DNA from: Setoptus koraiensis | Lineage: Eukaryota; Animalia; Arthropoda | Reading direction: 5' to 3' | Assembly (NCBI GenBank): GCA_048013815.1 | Contig: CM106585.1 | Coordinates: 19,902,001-19,966,000, forward strand | DNA length: 64,000 nucleotides | Shown: positions 48,067 through 61,200 of the stretch, piece after piece | How positions within the stretch are numbered: position 1 is the first letter of the stretch | Layout of the letters: each line of letters starts with the position of its first letter | Made by a program: the position numbers and the translations under genes | The notes under the pieces: generated by a model | Databases searched by the model: none | What the model saw: only the letters and a program-made list of their open reading frames with translations | Told to the model about the DNA's origin: nothing

Positions 48067-49611
48067 GGCACGGGCCGTGTTGGCGGCAGTTGCCGGTGGC
48101 GCCGCTAATCTCCTGGCGGCCGCAAGCGGCCGGTAAGCGGCCAGATAAGGCGATAATCCGTTGTGTCCAGTTGTGGCCGCGGGAGCCTCTCTTTGCAGAA
48201 TCCTTTTGTTTGCGCGACACTCGATTTCGAGTTCCACTGCCAAACTCTGTTAAGCCGGCACTGTGGCTCGCTGGCCAGGGGCCCGCTGGGGCACGGGCAC
48301 AAGTTGCGGCCGCAACTCGTCCGGCCGGCCGGCCGCCTGCGTGCCCAAAGTGCCCAAAGAGCCCGAAGAGCCCGAAGAGTCCAAAGCGGCCAAGGTGTCA
48401 GCTGAAATGATTCAATTTCCTAAACTAACAAATCACTGTCACCTCCGCTCAGCTGTTCCACGGGCTGTCAACTGCGGGCGCCGGCCGGCCAGCGGCCACA
48501 GGCTCAGTGCTACCGAGTCAGTGGGCACAAGTAAGGCACGGCACAGGTAAGTTGGCGAGCATTAGAGGCGCAGCGTTTAATTTAATCAAAACGGGCACGC
48601 TTCATTAGCTCTTATTAGTAACTTCTCATAGTTTGCATGGCGCGTCGAACCCCATCAGTGATGTGCCATCGCTAATGTGCCGTCGCCTGTTTGTGCCGCG
48701 CGCAAACACCGCCTGTGCATATATCACGGTGAGCGTGGGCGAGAGTGGGCCGAGAATGGCCGGAGAGGGCCAACGATGGCACGCGGGGCCCCCGCAAACA
48801 AACGAGGCACAACGGGCAATTTGTTGGTGTCAGTGCGCTCGCTGCTCTGCTGTCATAGGCGCTTGCTTTGTCGGCCCGAGACCGATTGCCGGCCGGCCCG
48901 CAGACTGAGCTGAACCGGTGCCCGCAAGAGCCGCAGCGGCCACTCGGCCCGACGGGCGATAAATCACGTGCCGGTGCACACTCTCACTGGGCCACGATCG
49001 CGGCCATTTTTTGCGGGCAACTGCGATTCGCAACAGCAAACCGGGCCCGCTCGAGACGGCCCGACAAGACGCCGGCCCGTGGCCCATAAATAAATGGCAG
49101 CGGAATAAATCATTTCATTGGGACGGTGTCGTTTGCGCGGATACTTTCGATGGCGGTCAGCGGTATCAGCGACATCAAATCGGTGCGCATCGGTATGAGA
49201 TCGGTGTCGATATCGAATGGCGCATCGATATCGGCGCTGGCCAAGCGTCAGTGGACACAAACAATGGCTCTCTCCTTTATTGCCATATTACCATACTGTC
49301 ATTACTGGTCGTCATTGGCCGCTGTCCGGCCATTGTTGTCGCTGTTGTCGTTGTTGTCGCTGTTGTTGTCGCTGTTGTTGTCGCTGTTGGTCGCGGCCGG
49401 CTAACGGCCAACAGCGACAACGAGTGACCAGCCCGGCATAACTGTCAACTGGGCACGACTGCGAGTTGCGGATAACGGGCACGCGGGCCCGCAAAATATC
49501 TGCCGACTGCTGTAAATAAACACAAGGCTCGCGCCAGCGCGAGCCGCAACAAATTGCTGCCGCTTAAATAAACAGTGGCTTCGATTTCGCCCGTCCAATT
49601 GGCCGCTCTCG

Positions 49612-49688
49612 ATGTATTCCGATCCTCTCACAATGTCAATGTATTCCGTGCACCTCACTGTGTCAATGTATTCCGATCCTCTCAGTGT
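49612..49688. repeat. 27-bp minisatellite x3
   Basis: atgtattccg...ctcac..tgtca units at 49612, 49639, 49666. Confidence 0.85.
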
Positions 49689-50481
49689 ATTGCCATTTTC
49701 TCGAAGTATTCCGATTCACAATCGCGCACAGTTGTCGCCTGTTTTCGCGAATGACCCCCGCACGTACTGCTGACCAGCGGCCAGCAGTACGTGCTGCTGG
49801 ACAGCAACTGGCCAACTCGCTGGCCTCTCATTTGCGCCCTCTAATTTTCGTGTGTCATCAGTCAAAACATTGGCTCGCGATTGTCAGACGTCTGTCACCA
49901 TCAGCTGTCACCAGCAGCCCGCGATTGACACATCCGCTGGCCACTGCAGCGCTCGATACTCACATATCCCTATATCACTCACATATCCATCCATGAATGG
50001 ATATAATGAATGGATGGCTTCATGAACAGTGGCGAGTGCAGCGCGAATAGCGCTCGTTCGAGTCAGCCCGTGCATTTGTTGGTGCGAGCTTGCCAGCGAC
50101 ATGCCGCCGACAATCGCACAAAATCCGCAAAAATCTATCTGTAGCTGCGCCTGTCAACGGCTATAGATAGCTCGTCGACGGGCTATAATTAGTCGCAGTG
50201 AGCCGTGCAAATCCAGTGCCGCGCACTCTCCAGTTGGGAGGCCTCGAAACTCGAGGCTCGAATCGTTTCGAGCTGACATGCCGTCACGTGCATCGGCTGC
50301 AAGTGTCAGCGTGATCTGATTTCTGAAATGCGATTTCATACACGTTGCACATATATTGCGCCACTATTTGGATTTGTGGCAGAAATAATCGTCATTTGTG
50401 GTAGAGATAATATTGACAAAAATTAAATTGATTAAATTTCGATAAAATCGTACACGCACGTAAAGCAAAAATTAATCAAAA

Positions 50482-50814
50482 ATGAACTGCAACTTGTTGC
50501 TCGCATTCACCTGTTGCCTGTGCTGGGCAGTTTGGGGCGCATCTGGTGAGCTTCAATTGGACGCCAGCGACCAGTCTAAATTGGACGCTTTGAGAGAGGA
50601 TCGCCAATTTATTCTGCGGGACATGCAACGCATCAAAGATCTGTCAAGATCTGGCGCTGGGCCCGCGAACAATAGCGCCAATAATAAGGCCAATAATGAG
50701 GCCAATAATAGGGCCAATAATGAGGCCAAGGATCTATTCGAATACAAACAAATGCTGGATGAGATCGCCGACGAGGAGAGCCAGTTGCAAGCGCAGCTCG
50801 TTGCGTCCAAATAA
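50482..50814 (+). CDS. Small secreted orphan protein, 110 aa, helical with an internal 12-bp (ANNx) repeat
   Basis: CAAAA-ATG context after an AT-rich upstream stretch; signal peptide MNCNLLLAFTCCLCWAVWG; non-repetitive charged helical sequence. Confidence 0.75.
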   Translation: MNCNLLLAFTCCLCWAVWGASGELQLDASDQSKLDALREDRQFILRDMQRIKDLSRSGAGPANNSANNKANNEANNRANNEAKDLFEYKQMLDEIADEESQLQAQLVASK

Positions 50815-52535
50815 ATGGCAACTAATGACGCACAACGTGCTATTAAAAGATGACGATTTTCAGCGCTGAACTTGAAAATTTCAGTTTCAATTTCAGGTTT
50901 CAAGAATATTTTTGCATTTGTATGAAACGAATTGCATTCAAATCTATTTCTCCAAAACGCGATCTCGCCGATGACATCATCAAGCAGCTCGTGACAGCAG
51001 CCTGAAAGATGATTAAGCGCAGACCAAAAGCCAAAAAGTTGTCCGTTAGTCGACGTCAAAGCCTTTGACTCAAAGGTGATTAGAAATCGCTGATGAGCTG
51101 GTGCGCTGATGAGCCGATCTTTATTCCGATTCGGGCCTTCATTATGCGAAGTGATTGTCGTGTCTCACCTGTAAGCTGCAGGTTGCAACACTGACAACTC
51201 TTGTGAGCGAGCACTGAAATATCATACTGTTGAATATTTCAACAGTATGATTTAAGGGTGAGTTACGTGACACGTTGATTCACAATCACAAGTGATGCAT
51301 CACCTTGAAATAGCTTTAGTTGTAGCCAGTTATTTGTTGGCCGTGATTCATCATTGGCCGGCTGACAGTTTGCATTATGCGTTAGAGTTAAAGTTTGAGT
51401 TTGAGTTTGAGTTTGAATGCACTTTTGACAGCCACTCAAGAGAGTGTGTGTTGCGGTCACTTCCAGTTGCGCCTGTAAATTGGCGATTGCATAACTGCAA
51501 ACTGCCGTACACTGTGTGTTACGATTATAGCCGAGTTACAATCGAGTCAAAAGTCCTTTTAGAGTCTAGCGAATAACGGTGCACTTTTGCGAGCGAATAG
51601 CCAAATGAGAATGGCCGCAACAAGAAGCTGCATAGACGCTGCATCGAGTGCATTACAGGTGATTAGAGGTCAAATGGTCGCCTTTTGCCGCGGCTACTCG
51701 TTGCGATATTATTGGCGTGTAGTGAAGTGAATTGTTGCGAGTGGGCCGACTAATACTCTTCGATTGCTCACTCGACGATCGATAGGTATTAGTTGGCCAA
51801 AGAAGAGCCGTCTTAAATTAGAAATTAGAGTTGAGAGCTCGACAGGAAGCGGGCACGAGAGCCCGACGATCGATTGTGCAAAAAGCAACAATCGATCCGA
51901 GCTGTCAAGTGTGTGTGTGTGTGTGTGCCCAATGTGTGTACAGGTGACCAATCATGGCAACGTTTGCATCATATCTAACAGTTATCTAACAGTTATCTGG
52001 CAGTTGGCTAACAATTTTCGGCGTTTGTTGTGGCGCCGTCGAGCGGCCGTTGAGCTGCAACCGGACGCGAATAACGGCGCAAACAACGACGCCAGATAAT
52101 CATTCTCATACCAGACGCAAAGTCGCAAAGTCGCAATGAAGCCATGACGCAATGCGGCTACTTACACTGGACGTAGCGCAATATTCATCTCAAAATTAAG
52201 ATGATTTGCCAAGATAGGAGAATGTCGAGCAGAAACGAAACAAGTTTTTGTTTCGTTTTTCATGCCGTGCTTTGTGCTGTTGTGCTGGCAGGCGCATGTT
52301 ACGCAACAACTTGCTCTCTCATCATGATTCATGGCCGCATTGCGCCATGAATTAGAGTTGAGAGTTAAAACAACTCTCAACTGTGCAGTCTGTGCAGTAG
52401 TTGACGAGTCTCTCATTTGCTTGCAGCGACAAGCACAGCGTAAATAACGGTGCCCATAATAAATAAAGCAACAGAGGCTTGCGCAACTTTGACTCTTGAA
52501 CTTGACTAACTTTTATGCTCGGTGTCCATTTACCT

Positions 52536-52617
52536 GTGTTGCCACTGTCAGTGCTGCCAGTGTCAGTGTTGCCACTGTCAGTGCTGCCAGTGTCAGTGTT
52601 GCCACTGTCAGTGCTGC
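52536..52617. repeat. 15-bp minisatellite x5.5 with alternating variants (30-bp higher-order unit)
   Basis: gtgttgccactgtca / gtgctgccagtgtca alternate. Confidence 0.9.
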
Positions 52618-53569
52618 TACTGCTGCCACAATGATGCAACAACGCTGCCTCATTGCTGCCACAACGCTGACCGGTAGCCATAGAATTAAATATCCTGCCA
52701 GCAATGTTTAAAAGGATGCTTAATTCTTTTCTCTCTAATTCTTTGCCACTGTATGCTGTGGCCGCTAGCAGAGGGCATGCTTACGCAACAGTGTAGACTT
52801 TTGTTGTGCATACATAAATATAATAATATTTTGGCCAATGAAGCTGCAATCAACTGTACACAGTGTGTGCAGAATGGCGAAGGACGCAGCGACTGGGCGA
52901 AACGAGCCCAAAGAAAAGTTGAAATAGATAAAAAGTAGTATTTAAATTAACTTATTATTCATGTCTCGCCAGTTTCTTCTAATCTCTGTGTGCTCATCCG
53001 CTGTCCAGTTCAGTCGGGCGTGTGTGTGTGTGTGTTGTTTGTCCTCACCTTTTGCCGGACAGTTGCAACTGTGCAACAATTTATTAATACGAAGCTTGCC
53101 AACGATGACGCGATTATGCGCTGACGGCACAGCGAGCCCAAAGCTGCGAGGCCAGCAGCAACAACAACAACAACAGCAACAACAACGACGACAACAACAA
53201 CAACAACAACGTTGCTGGTTGTTGCCGCCACAGTGACTGGTGGCCGTGTCTTCCTGAATCGGGAATGCATCTGATTCAACTTTTTCTCTTTGATAAATAC
53301 AAAGTAAAACAGTCACGTAACACCCACTAGGCAGTACTCTCCATCGATCAGCTGATTGCTGGCCGATCGCCGTTGTTGTCTGTGTGACGGTCACACTGTG
53401 ACGTTTGTTTCAAGTCTCTCGACAAGCCGCTAACGGTCACCGCTGGCTCGTTGGTCGGTCAGTCGGCCGGCCAGCCAGCCTGACAGTCAGCTGTGCAGTC
53501 ATCTTGACAGTCAGCTGTACAGTCGGCTGTACAGTCGGCTGGAGAGAGCTTGCCGCAGCTGTCAAAAGC

Positions 53570-53700
53570 CGTTGTTGCCGTTATTGTTGTTGCTGTTGTT
53601 GCTGTTGTTGCTGATGTTGCTGTTGTTGCTGTTGTTGCTGTTGTTGCTGTTGTTGCTGTTGTTGCTGTTGTTGTTGCTAATGTTGCTGTTGCCATTGTTG
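53570..53700. repeat. (GTT/GCT)n trinucleotide-derived repeat
   Basis: Low-complexity run; similar (CAA)n tracts at ~53155-53215 and 55395-55470. Confidence 0.9.
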
Positions 53701-55435
53701 GCGTGTTGTTGCTCTCGGTGTTGTTGCGCAACACACAAAGGCAGCGAGCGGCGCAACTAGGAAGTAAACTTGAACTTGAACTCTCTTCACTCTCTGCAAC
53801 TGGCCGCCCCCAAACAGCTACAAACAACGGCAGCAGCAGCAGCAACAGTTACAGTTACAGCAACAGGTTGTTGCTTTTTTTATAATCCCGCACTACAATC
53901 TAACTGTATACTATGACGCAATATGTTTATAATGATGATGATGATGATGATGCAACTGTGCATCACTGACTCCAGCGGTGCGGCCAGCTCATCGCCGGTC
54001 GCTTTCCACTTTGGTGTGTGTAGCCAAAAGTGGCCAAAAGTGGCCAAAAGTAGACGCATTTGCGTTCTCTCTCTGCCCGTGAACTGAGTGTGTTCTTTGT
54101 TCTTCGCACACTGCACTGATTTGAACATGGCGACCGAAAACTATAAGCCAACAATCGACCGCAACAAGCGCGCCAGTAATGATAATAATTGCGCCTCGGT
54201 CGATCTATCACACACACACACACACACAACTGTTACGTCATAACAGCGCTTCGTTACGTAACACTGGTCGGTTGTGTGTCAGATGATTGCATCATCATGA
54301 TCAAGCGCTGCAATCATGCAACTCGTACCTGTCCATCATCGTCAGCGACAGGTAAATCGGCGCAAGCAACGACAGCGACACGACAGCAACAACGGCAACG
54401 ACGGCAACAACAGCGACAACAGCGACACCAGCGACAACGGCGACAACAGCAACCACTGCAACAGGTGCGAAGAAAGGACAGAGCTGGCTAACAGTTGTGA
54501 GCTGGCAGCAACAGGTTCAACAGGTGATAGCACACACACAGTGTGATTAGCACACTGACTTGTGAGGATATCAAACAGTTGATTGTAATCAGCTGAGAGA
54601 GTAGCGGCCATTGCACAACAGCATCAGCCTGTGTGTCGTTGGACAGGTGAGACCGTTACGTCAGCCAGCTTGGTCACGTAACACTTGAGCTGGGCTACCT
54701 TTGCATGCGCTGGCCAGGCTGTTGTGGCCAAAAGTGGAATTGAACTTGAACTCGGCTTAAGTCACCTTGATCAGTGGCAAGCCACTGACGAGCTACCTTG
54801 TAACGTTGCTGTTGGCATTAGTGTTTGCTGGCGCCTCTCTACTATCTATTGCTATTACTATTACTTGTTGTTACTATTACTTGTAGTTGCCCATTACAGT
54901 ATTACTGTAATAGCAACTGTAGTAACCACAAGTAATAGTAACACAAGGCCGCTCTAGACTCGAGTAGCCCGCTCGTATAATTAGTAGACCGAGTTACGTA
55001 AGCAACCTAAGCTTGCCAGGCTACGTAAACAGACAAGAGTACACAGCGCGACAGGTAAAACAACTACTTTTATAAGTGCATCTCCTATAGAAAAAAAATA
55101 AAAATAAAAAATAAACGCTATACTTGTGCTGCTGCCTCAATATAAACACAGAGTTAAAAGTTATGTTTAGAAACGGAGAGAATCCCCGAGATTCTCGAGA
55201 TTCTCGACTCGACAAAGAGCCAGCGAGAGAGCATTTGAACTCTTATTTATTATTATTTGGGTGAATCTACTTGCCCTCTCACTTCCTGGTTCCGGGTTTC
55301 GCTCGTTTGATTCGACGTTGGCCAGCGAAGAGTAAAAAGCAAACGTTTGCGTTTGAGCCAACGCCGAGCCGAGCGTTGTAAGAGCAACAACCGTTGTTGT
55401 TGTTGTTGTTGCTCTTACAACAACAACAACGGCAA

Positions 55436-55470
<35 letters not shown>

Positions 55471-55627
55471 ACAGCTACAGCTTGCAACTCTCGGTCTCGC
55501 ATCATAACTGTGCGTCATAACTGACTCAAACAGTTACGCAACACACCTGTGACGGCGACAGTCACTCACTGGGCTGGCCAGCTCGACCAATGGCCGCCAT
55601 TGGCGCACACATTGTTCGCTGGCTAGA

Positions 55628-55696
55628 TTATTCGCCAGCTGATTTGCCAGTTATTCGCCAGCTGATTTGCCAGTTATTCGCCAGCTGATTTGCCAG
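55628..55696. repeat. 23-bp minisatellite x3 (TTATTCGCCAGCTGATTTGCCAG)
   Basis: Three identical units. Confidence 0.95.
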
Positions 55697-56432
55697 CTTA
55701 TTGGTTAGCGTATTGGCTGGCTTGTTGGCTGGCGATTCAAAAGTCTCGAGAGGTTCCAATCGACAATCAGCTGACGATCGGCTGACAATCAGCTGGCAGC
55801 GGATATTGCGACACTTGGCCACACTTTGGGCAACCGATTGGGCCCAATTGGCGGCTTGCGCACAATTGGCAAAATGCCAGCTCCAAATCGACTGGTTGCA
55901 CTGTTGATTGGCGCCACCGGCGATGATGATATAATTGATGATGTAATATCGCCACGTGTTATGTCATCGTGGCACTATATCGATCTATGTGCATGCCGAT
56001 CATATAGCGTGATTATACATTGATTTGTATAGCCACTGCGTGCGGGCGCGCCTGACCGGAACAGAGCGACAGTGCGCCCGCTGCTTGGGCGGCACTTCCG
56101 CTTTTCCGGCGGCAACGCAAGCGGCTGTGCTGAGTGGTGGCACCCGATTTGTCAGCGGCACCCGACCCTTTAACGGTCACCGTTACAATGGCGCGATCAA
56201 TGTGCCGCGGCGTCACAGGCAATGGGCAAAGGGTGCCCAACTGTCGAGGGTTGAGTAACCGGTTAGCCCGGTGCGCCCCATCACCGTTGCCTCTTACAAT
56301 GTTGTTAATCGGTGCCGCGCACTCCCGCACAGGGCCCCCGATGCCCACACTGCACCCATGATGTGCCCACTCTTCACCCATGATGTGCCCACTCTGTGCT
56401 CATGGCCGGAAGGGCGCACACGATAAGCACGA

Positions 56433-56478
56433 TGAGCACAACTGAGCACAACTGAGCACAACTGAGCACAATTGAGCA
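56433..56478. repeat. 10-bp repeat (TGAGCACAAC) x4.5
   Basis: Read directly. Confidence 0.9.
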
Positions 56479-57345
56479 AGCGACAATAGATTCCGTTCAT
56501 TCAATAGAGGGCCCCGTTCATCTGCGCCGGTGATTCGGCGGCGAATCAGCGGCGACTACCGTTATCCGTTCGTTGCCCGCTAAACCGTTCGCTGCTGAGC
56601 GAAACAGGAAGTGAAGATTGTCTCCGGCTGGAATGGGTGAATTTTGGCGTCAATTCACCTTTGCTTTAAAAGAGTTCACTGCCACTATAAAATACTACAC
56701 ATTATATAAGATCCGACACAAACGACAAACAACACGGCACGACGCGCAGAGAGTGTTTTGGTCACAGGCGCCTCTTGCGAGCGTGTGAAAGGGCTCAAAA
56801 GAAGTTTCTTCTAACGCAACATCATTGTTGCATCATACTTGTTGATGCACACTATGTGCAGTGTGTTATGCAACCAATGTCACTGTTATGCAATGTCACC
56901 GTTATGCTGCTGTTGTTGTTGTGCAACTCTCCTGTCACACTCACCGACGCTGGCGTTTGCTGGTGTTACTCTACCGGTGTTACAGTTACGTGTGCAGTTG
57001 TTGTTGTGCAATTTTGTGTGAGAATGTTGTGCAACAATTTTCTAGCAGTTTCCAAACACACACACACACACTGTTGGAATAAGAATTGCGTAACAGCAGC
57101 AGCGGCAGCGGCATTGCATAATCTTATTTTAAATTGCAAACAGTGAACGCTGTTGCGTCCACATCAGCTGTTGCAGTGGACGCCACGTTATGCAACAGCT
57201 ACAAGACACAATGCAAGGTCGACATAAGGTCCACTTTGCATGCCATGCACCGCGCTGCCAATTGTGAGAGATGATACACCGTAATCAGCTATTCACACAT
57301 CACCCATCAATTGCCTATTTTGCTCATATGTGACATATTCATTGC

Positions 57346-57450
57346 TGATATATTCACGGGTGATATATTCACGGGTGATATATTCACGGGTGATATATTC
57401 ACGGGTGATATATTCACGGGTGATATATTCATAGGTGATATATTCATAGG
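57346..57450. repeat. 15-bp minisatellite (TGATATATTCACGGG) x7
   Basis: Five identical units plus two variant units. Confidence 0.95.
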
Positions 57451-58190
57451 CCCACGAGAGATTCACCATTGGCTTGCGCTAGTCATCGCTAGCACTGTGT
57501 GCGGATAATGTTTGCTGATAAATGTTTGTAAACGTTTCGGCAACAACACGCTGTACAAGATTCACGCGTGAACTTGTGACAAAAGTGAACTCGAAATGTA
57601 CACTTGGATTGCGATACAGGGCTTCCGGTTGCGATACACCACGCGAACTGTTGGCGTGGAGCTCACTAGCCACTGGAATAGCTCGATCAGGGGCTCCAGC
57701 GCCCCTGAGATTGCGCAATTGTGCGGCCACCAGGTAGCGAGCGTACAATTAGGTGAGTACATATTGCTCCAACGTAATGGCGATCGAGCAAACCGTTAGT
57801 GCAAAACTGTCGCCCATTGTGTCGCCTCACTTGCCGTGCTCAACATTGAGTATGTTGTATGGATGTTGTGTGTGATTATACAACATGTCGGCGGCGGCGG
57901 CCCAATGTGTGGGAAAATATCGACTGGTGACTTATGATGACGCAACTGTCTCTACTTACCTCATTCTGCATACATTACACGCTGCATGTATGTACATATT
58001 GTGTGACGCAACCAAATGAATACTCATACCGCACACTGGTGCATTATGGCATTTGGCATTATGTATTGAAAACATTGCATAATGCACGTACTTTGTCACA
58101 GATCTGCTCGCTGCTGCCCGACAGAGCGCGCTCGTGACGCCTAAATGGCTGGCTGGTCGCTGCCGGGGTCATTGCGTCATCGGCACCATT

Positions 58191-58276
58191 GGTGACGATC
58201 GGGGGCCGCTGGTGACCGTCGGCGACCGTTGGTGACCGTCGGGGACCGTAGGTGACCGTCGGGGACCGTAGGTGAC
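58191..58276. repeat. 20-bp minisatellite (GGTGACCGTCGGGGACCGTA, 10-bp subunit) x4
   Basis: Read directly. Confidence 0.9.
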
Positions 58277-61200
58277 GGGGTCAAGCGGGCGCTTGTTTGG
58301 GGTTCGGAGTGTGGGGGGGGGGGGCAAGCTGACAAAATTATTATCACCATTTTTTGTGTGCATTTTGTTGCACAGAATGCACACAAATACAACAGAATGA
58401 TCACAATGATGTGCACCAGAAATGAATAGCCAGCAGCCCGGCCTGTGCCGCCCATCGCTATCGATGGGCGGCACAGGGGGAAAATATGCAAATTGGTGGC
58501 CATCTATTGGTTCACCGTGTGCGTTACCATTTCGCTGCAACCAGTCAAAGCAGGTGAACCAGACGCTTTTACATAAATTGTATACATAAACTGGCATACA
58601 TAAACAGTGATTTTGACTGGCTCGCCCATGAAAATACTGCAAATATTACGTATACGTACAACAATCTATGATGATAATAATAATAATGATAAGCTAGTTG
58701 CGCTTCGGCCGGCCAGAGGGGGCGGCCGGCGCTGTTACGTAATCGCACAACACACTCACTGGCAACAGCGAGCCAAACAGCGACTGTTACACAGACAGGT
58801 GAGTTAGCCGAGGAGGCAAGCGACACACCAACACGACAGCTGGTGTCGGACGGAGCAGGTAAGGGGGCAACACGAGAGGAGTGAGAAAGAATTCAATCAA
58901 TTGACTGCGATTGTGCGCTGCTCGCTGAGTGACTAACATACACACTGTCAATACACATTGTGGCTCATACGCCGCGGCTCTATTACTCGGACGGTCACAT
59001 CTCAGGTGAGGTCGGTGACCCCAGGTGAGTTGTGCTTGTTGTTGGTGTGTGTGTGTGTTGGCGCTTGTGCGGCCAGTGCTTACGTAACTTACGTAACGCA
59101 AGTCGTCGGTGTGTTCGTCACTCGTGGCACACAAGCACACACGCCCGCATCACACTGGCAGCATCACACAGACTTGCACATAAATTGTTGTGTTACGTAA
59201 CTCACGGCAGCGGCAGCAGCAGCAAACTCACCTGTTGCAGACGAGTCCACGGCGCAACAATTTCGCCAGTGCCTATGCCACGCAGTGCAACGCAACATAA
59301 GTTATGTTACATAACCTGTTGTGTGCGGCGCTTATCGTTGCATGACTACTATTATGTAATGGTCGTCTTTGTGTTGCGCTCACTGGCTGCCGAGCTGCTG
59401 AGAAAAGTTTCTAGAGTTCATTTGTCTCTTTCACTTAGAAACTTTTGGCTCAACTCGCCAACTGCACGCTACGTGCCGCTGCTCACGTCACCGGCTCAAC
59501 CGCTGACTCACCTGGCGGGCCTTTTCGACAACAACTGACTGGCAGCAACGTCAGCACCGTTCTAGGAAGTTTGTGGCCAACGTGAACTTGAAATCATCTC
59601 GATGTGAACTCCTTTGAGCTGTGCGTGTGTTGCGTCATATCTGGCGCAATTATTGTGAGCAATTACTGTGCGAATCTCGCGCGCTTGTTTTGCGGCGCTC
59701 ACAATAATGCGCGGCGCTGACCGGCGCCGACTGTGCCGAGTACAGTCTGACGAGTCGAGTCTGACGAGTGGCCAAATTGCAAATCTGACCGCTGCACAGC
59801 CGGTGACGCGCTCGCTCGGCACAGGCGAGCAATCGCTGCGACTTGAGCAATTGCAACTCGCCACTTGAGCGCTTGAGACGCACCCGCCACTGGCGGCAGC
59901 ACCGTCGCAACCGGGCAAAACCGGCCCACAGGTGAGCCAGCAAACAATGCATCACTTCGGCCAGGCCAAGCAGTTGACTCAGCGAGCCATTTGAGCCGCT
60001 GGCGGCCATTACGTATCGGCAACATTACGTAACATCAACATTGCGTAGCAGCAACATTGCGTAACAGCGACACTGCATAGCAGCGACATTGCGTAACAGC
60101 TTCGCGTCGCGTCGCCGCTCACTTCTGGTTCCGAGCGGCGCATCCGAGCGGCGGGCTCCGTCCGGCGGCCCGATGAAGCCCGGCGACTCAGCGGCGGCGG
60201 CTCAGCGGCGGCGGCTCAGCGAGCGCGGCCAGAGAGATGTGAAAGTTTCGATGCTCCTTGCGAGGTCAAGTTCATTGGCCTTTCTCTCACTGCCAAGTGC
60301 GAGTCGCTCAGGTGATTTGTTGGCCGGCCGCGCGTCGGTCAAACGGCCGATCGCCGAGACGCGGCGGCGCCCGGATGCGGCCCGCCGGGCCGCGTCATCC
60401 GCCAAGTGGCCCCCGCAAGACGCGGCGCCGTTTGCGTGGCGGCCCCTGTCGCGCCAGTCGGGCGTCTCAGCGATCCGCTGTGCACAGCGTTTGACCGGCG
60501 GGCGATTGCGGCCTCCCGCACAATCAACGAAAATCGTCGGACCGGGCACGTCGCGGTCGCGCCGCCACTTGCCCGAGCCGAAGTGAACAGCAGCGGCGAA
60601 CAAACGGGCAACATGCGCACAACATCCGGCGCAACAATTCGATCGAATCCGATTGGAGGGCGACAAGCGCGCACCAATCAACAGAGGAAACCGGCCGCGC
60701 GAGATTGCGTGGGAGTGGAGCCGGCCGAAAGGGAAACGTTGACGCACCGTCGGGGGAAAGGGCTGCCGCAGCTCAGGTGAGCGCCCCCATGCACACGTTA
60801 TGCGAGGTTATGTGACACTTTTTGTTTGTGTCGTGCTCGCTCACTGGCTGTTCGGTGTGTTGCTGTGCTGTTTTGCGCACTTTTCACCGCACTCCTTCTG
60901 ACCTTGCGACTCACAAGTTGTGAGTGCGCAGTGTGCGCCGTCCGCTACTTTTGCTTGTTCTGTACCCATAACTCACTCATCGTGCACCAGTGCCAATGAA
61001 CTCTGCCGGGGGGGACGGGACGGCACTCACTGCGCAACAGGCTGCTGTTGCTGCCGTGCGCCGGTATGGCACCAGCACAGTGCAGTGGACGCTGTCACAG
61101 AGACAGCTGTGAGTGAGTGTGAACACGGGGGAAGGAACTGGTGATGCGGAGCGTAGTGAGGTGCGCCAAAGAGTGAGTGGCCCGCTTTCGCACACTGTCA

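Noticed and set aside
48532-48540. miR-124 5' match (TAAGGCACG)
   Set aside because: Only 9 nt match; the remainder diverges and there is no complementary arm
50553-51059. 168-aa antisense ORF overlapping the small secreted gene
   Set aside because: No ATG start; half is the shadow of the plus-strand CDS; no recognisable domain
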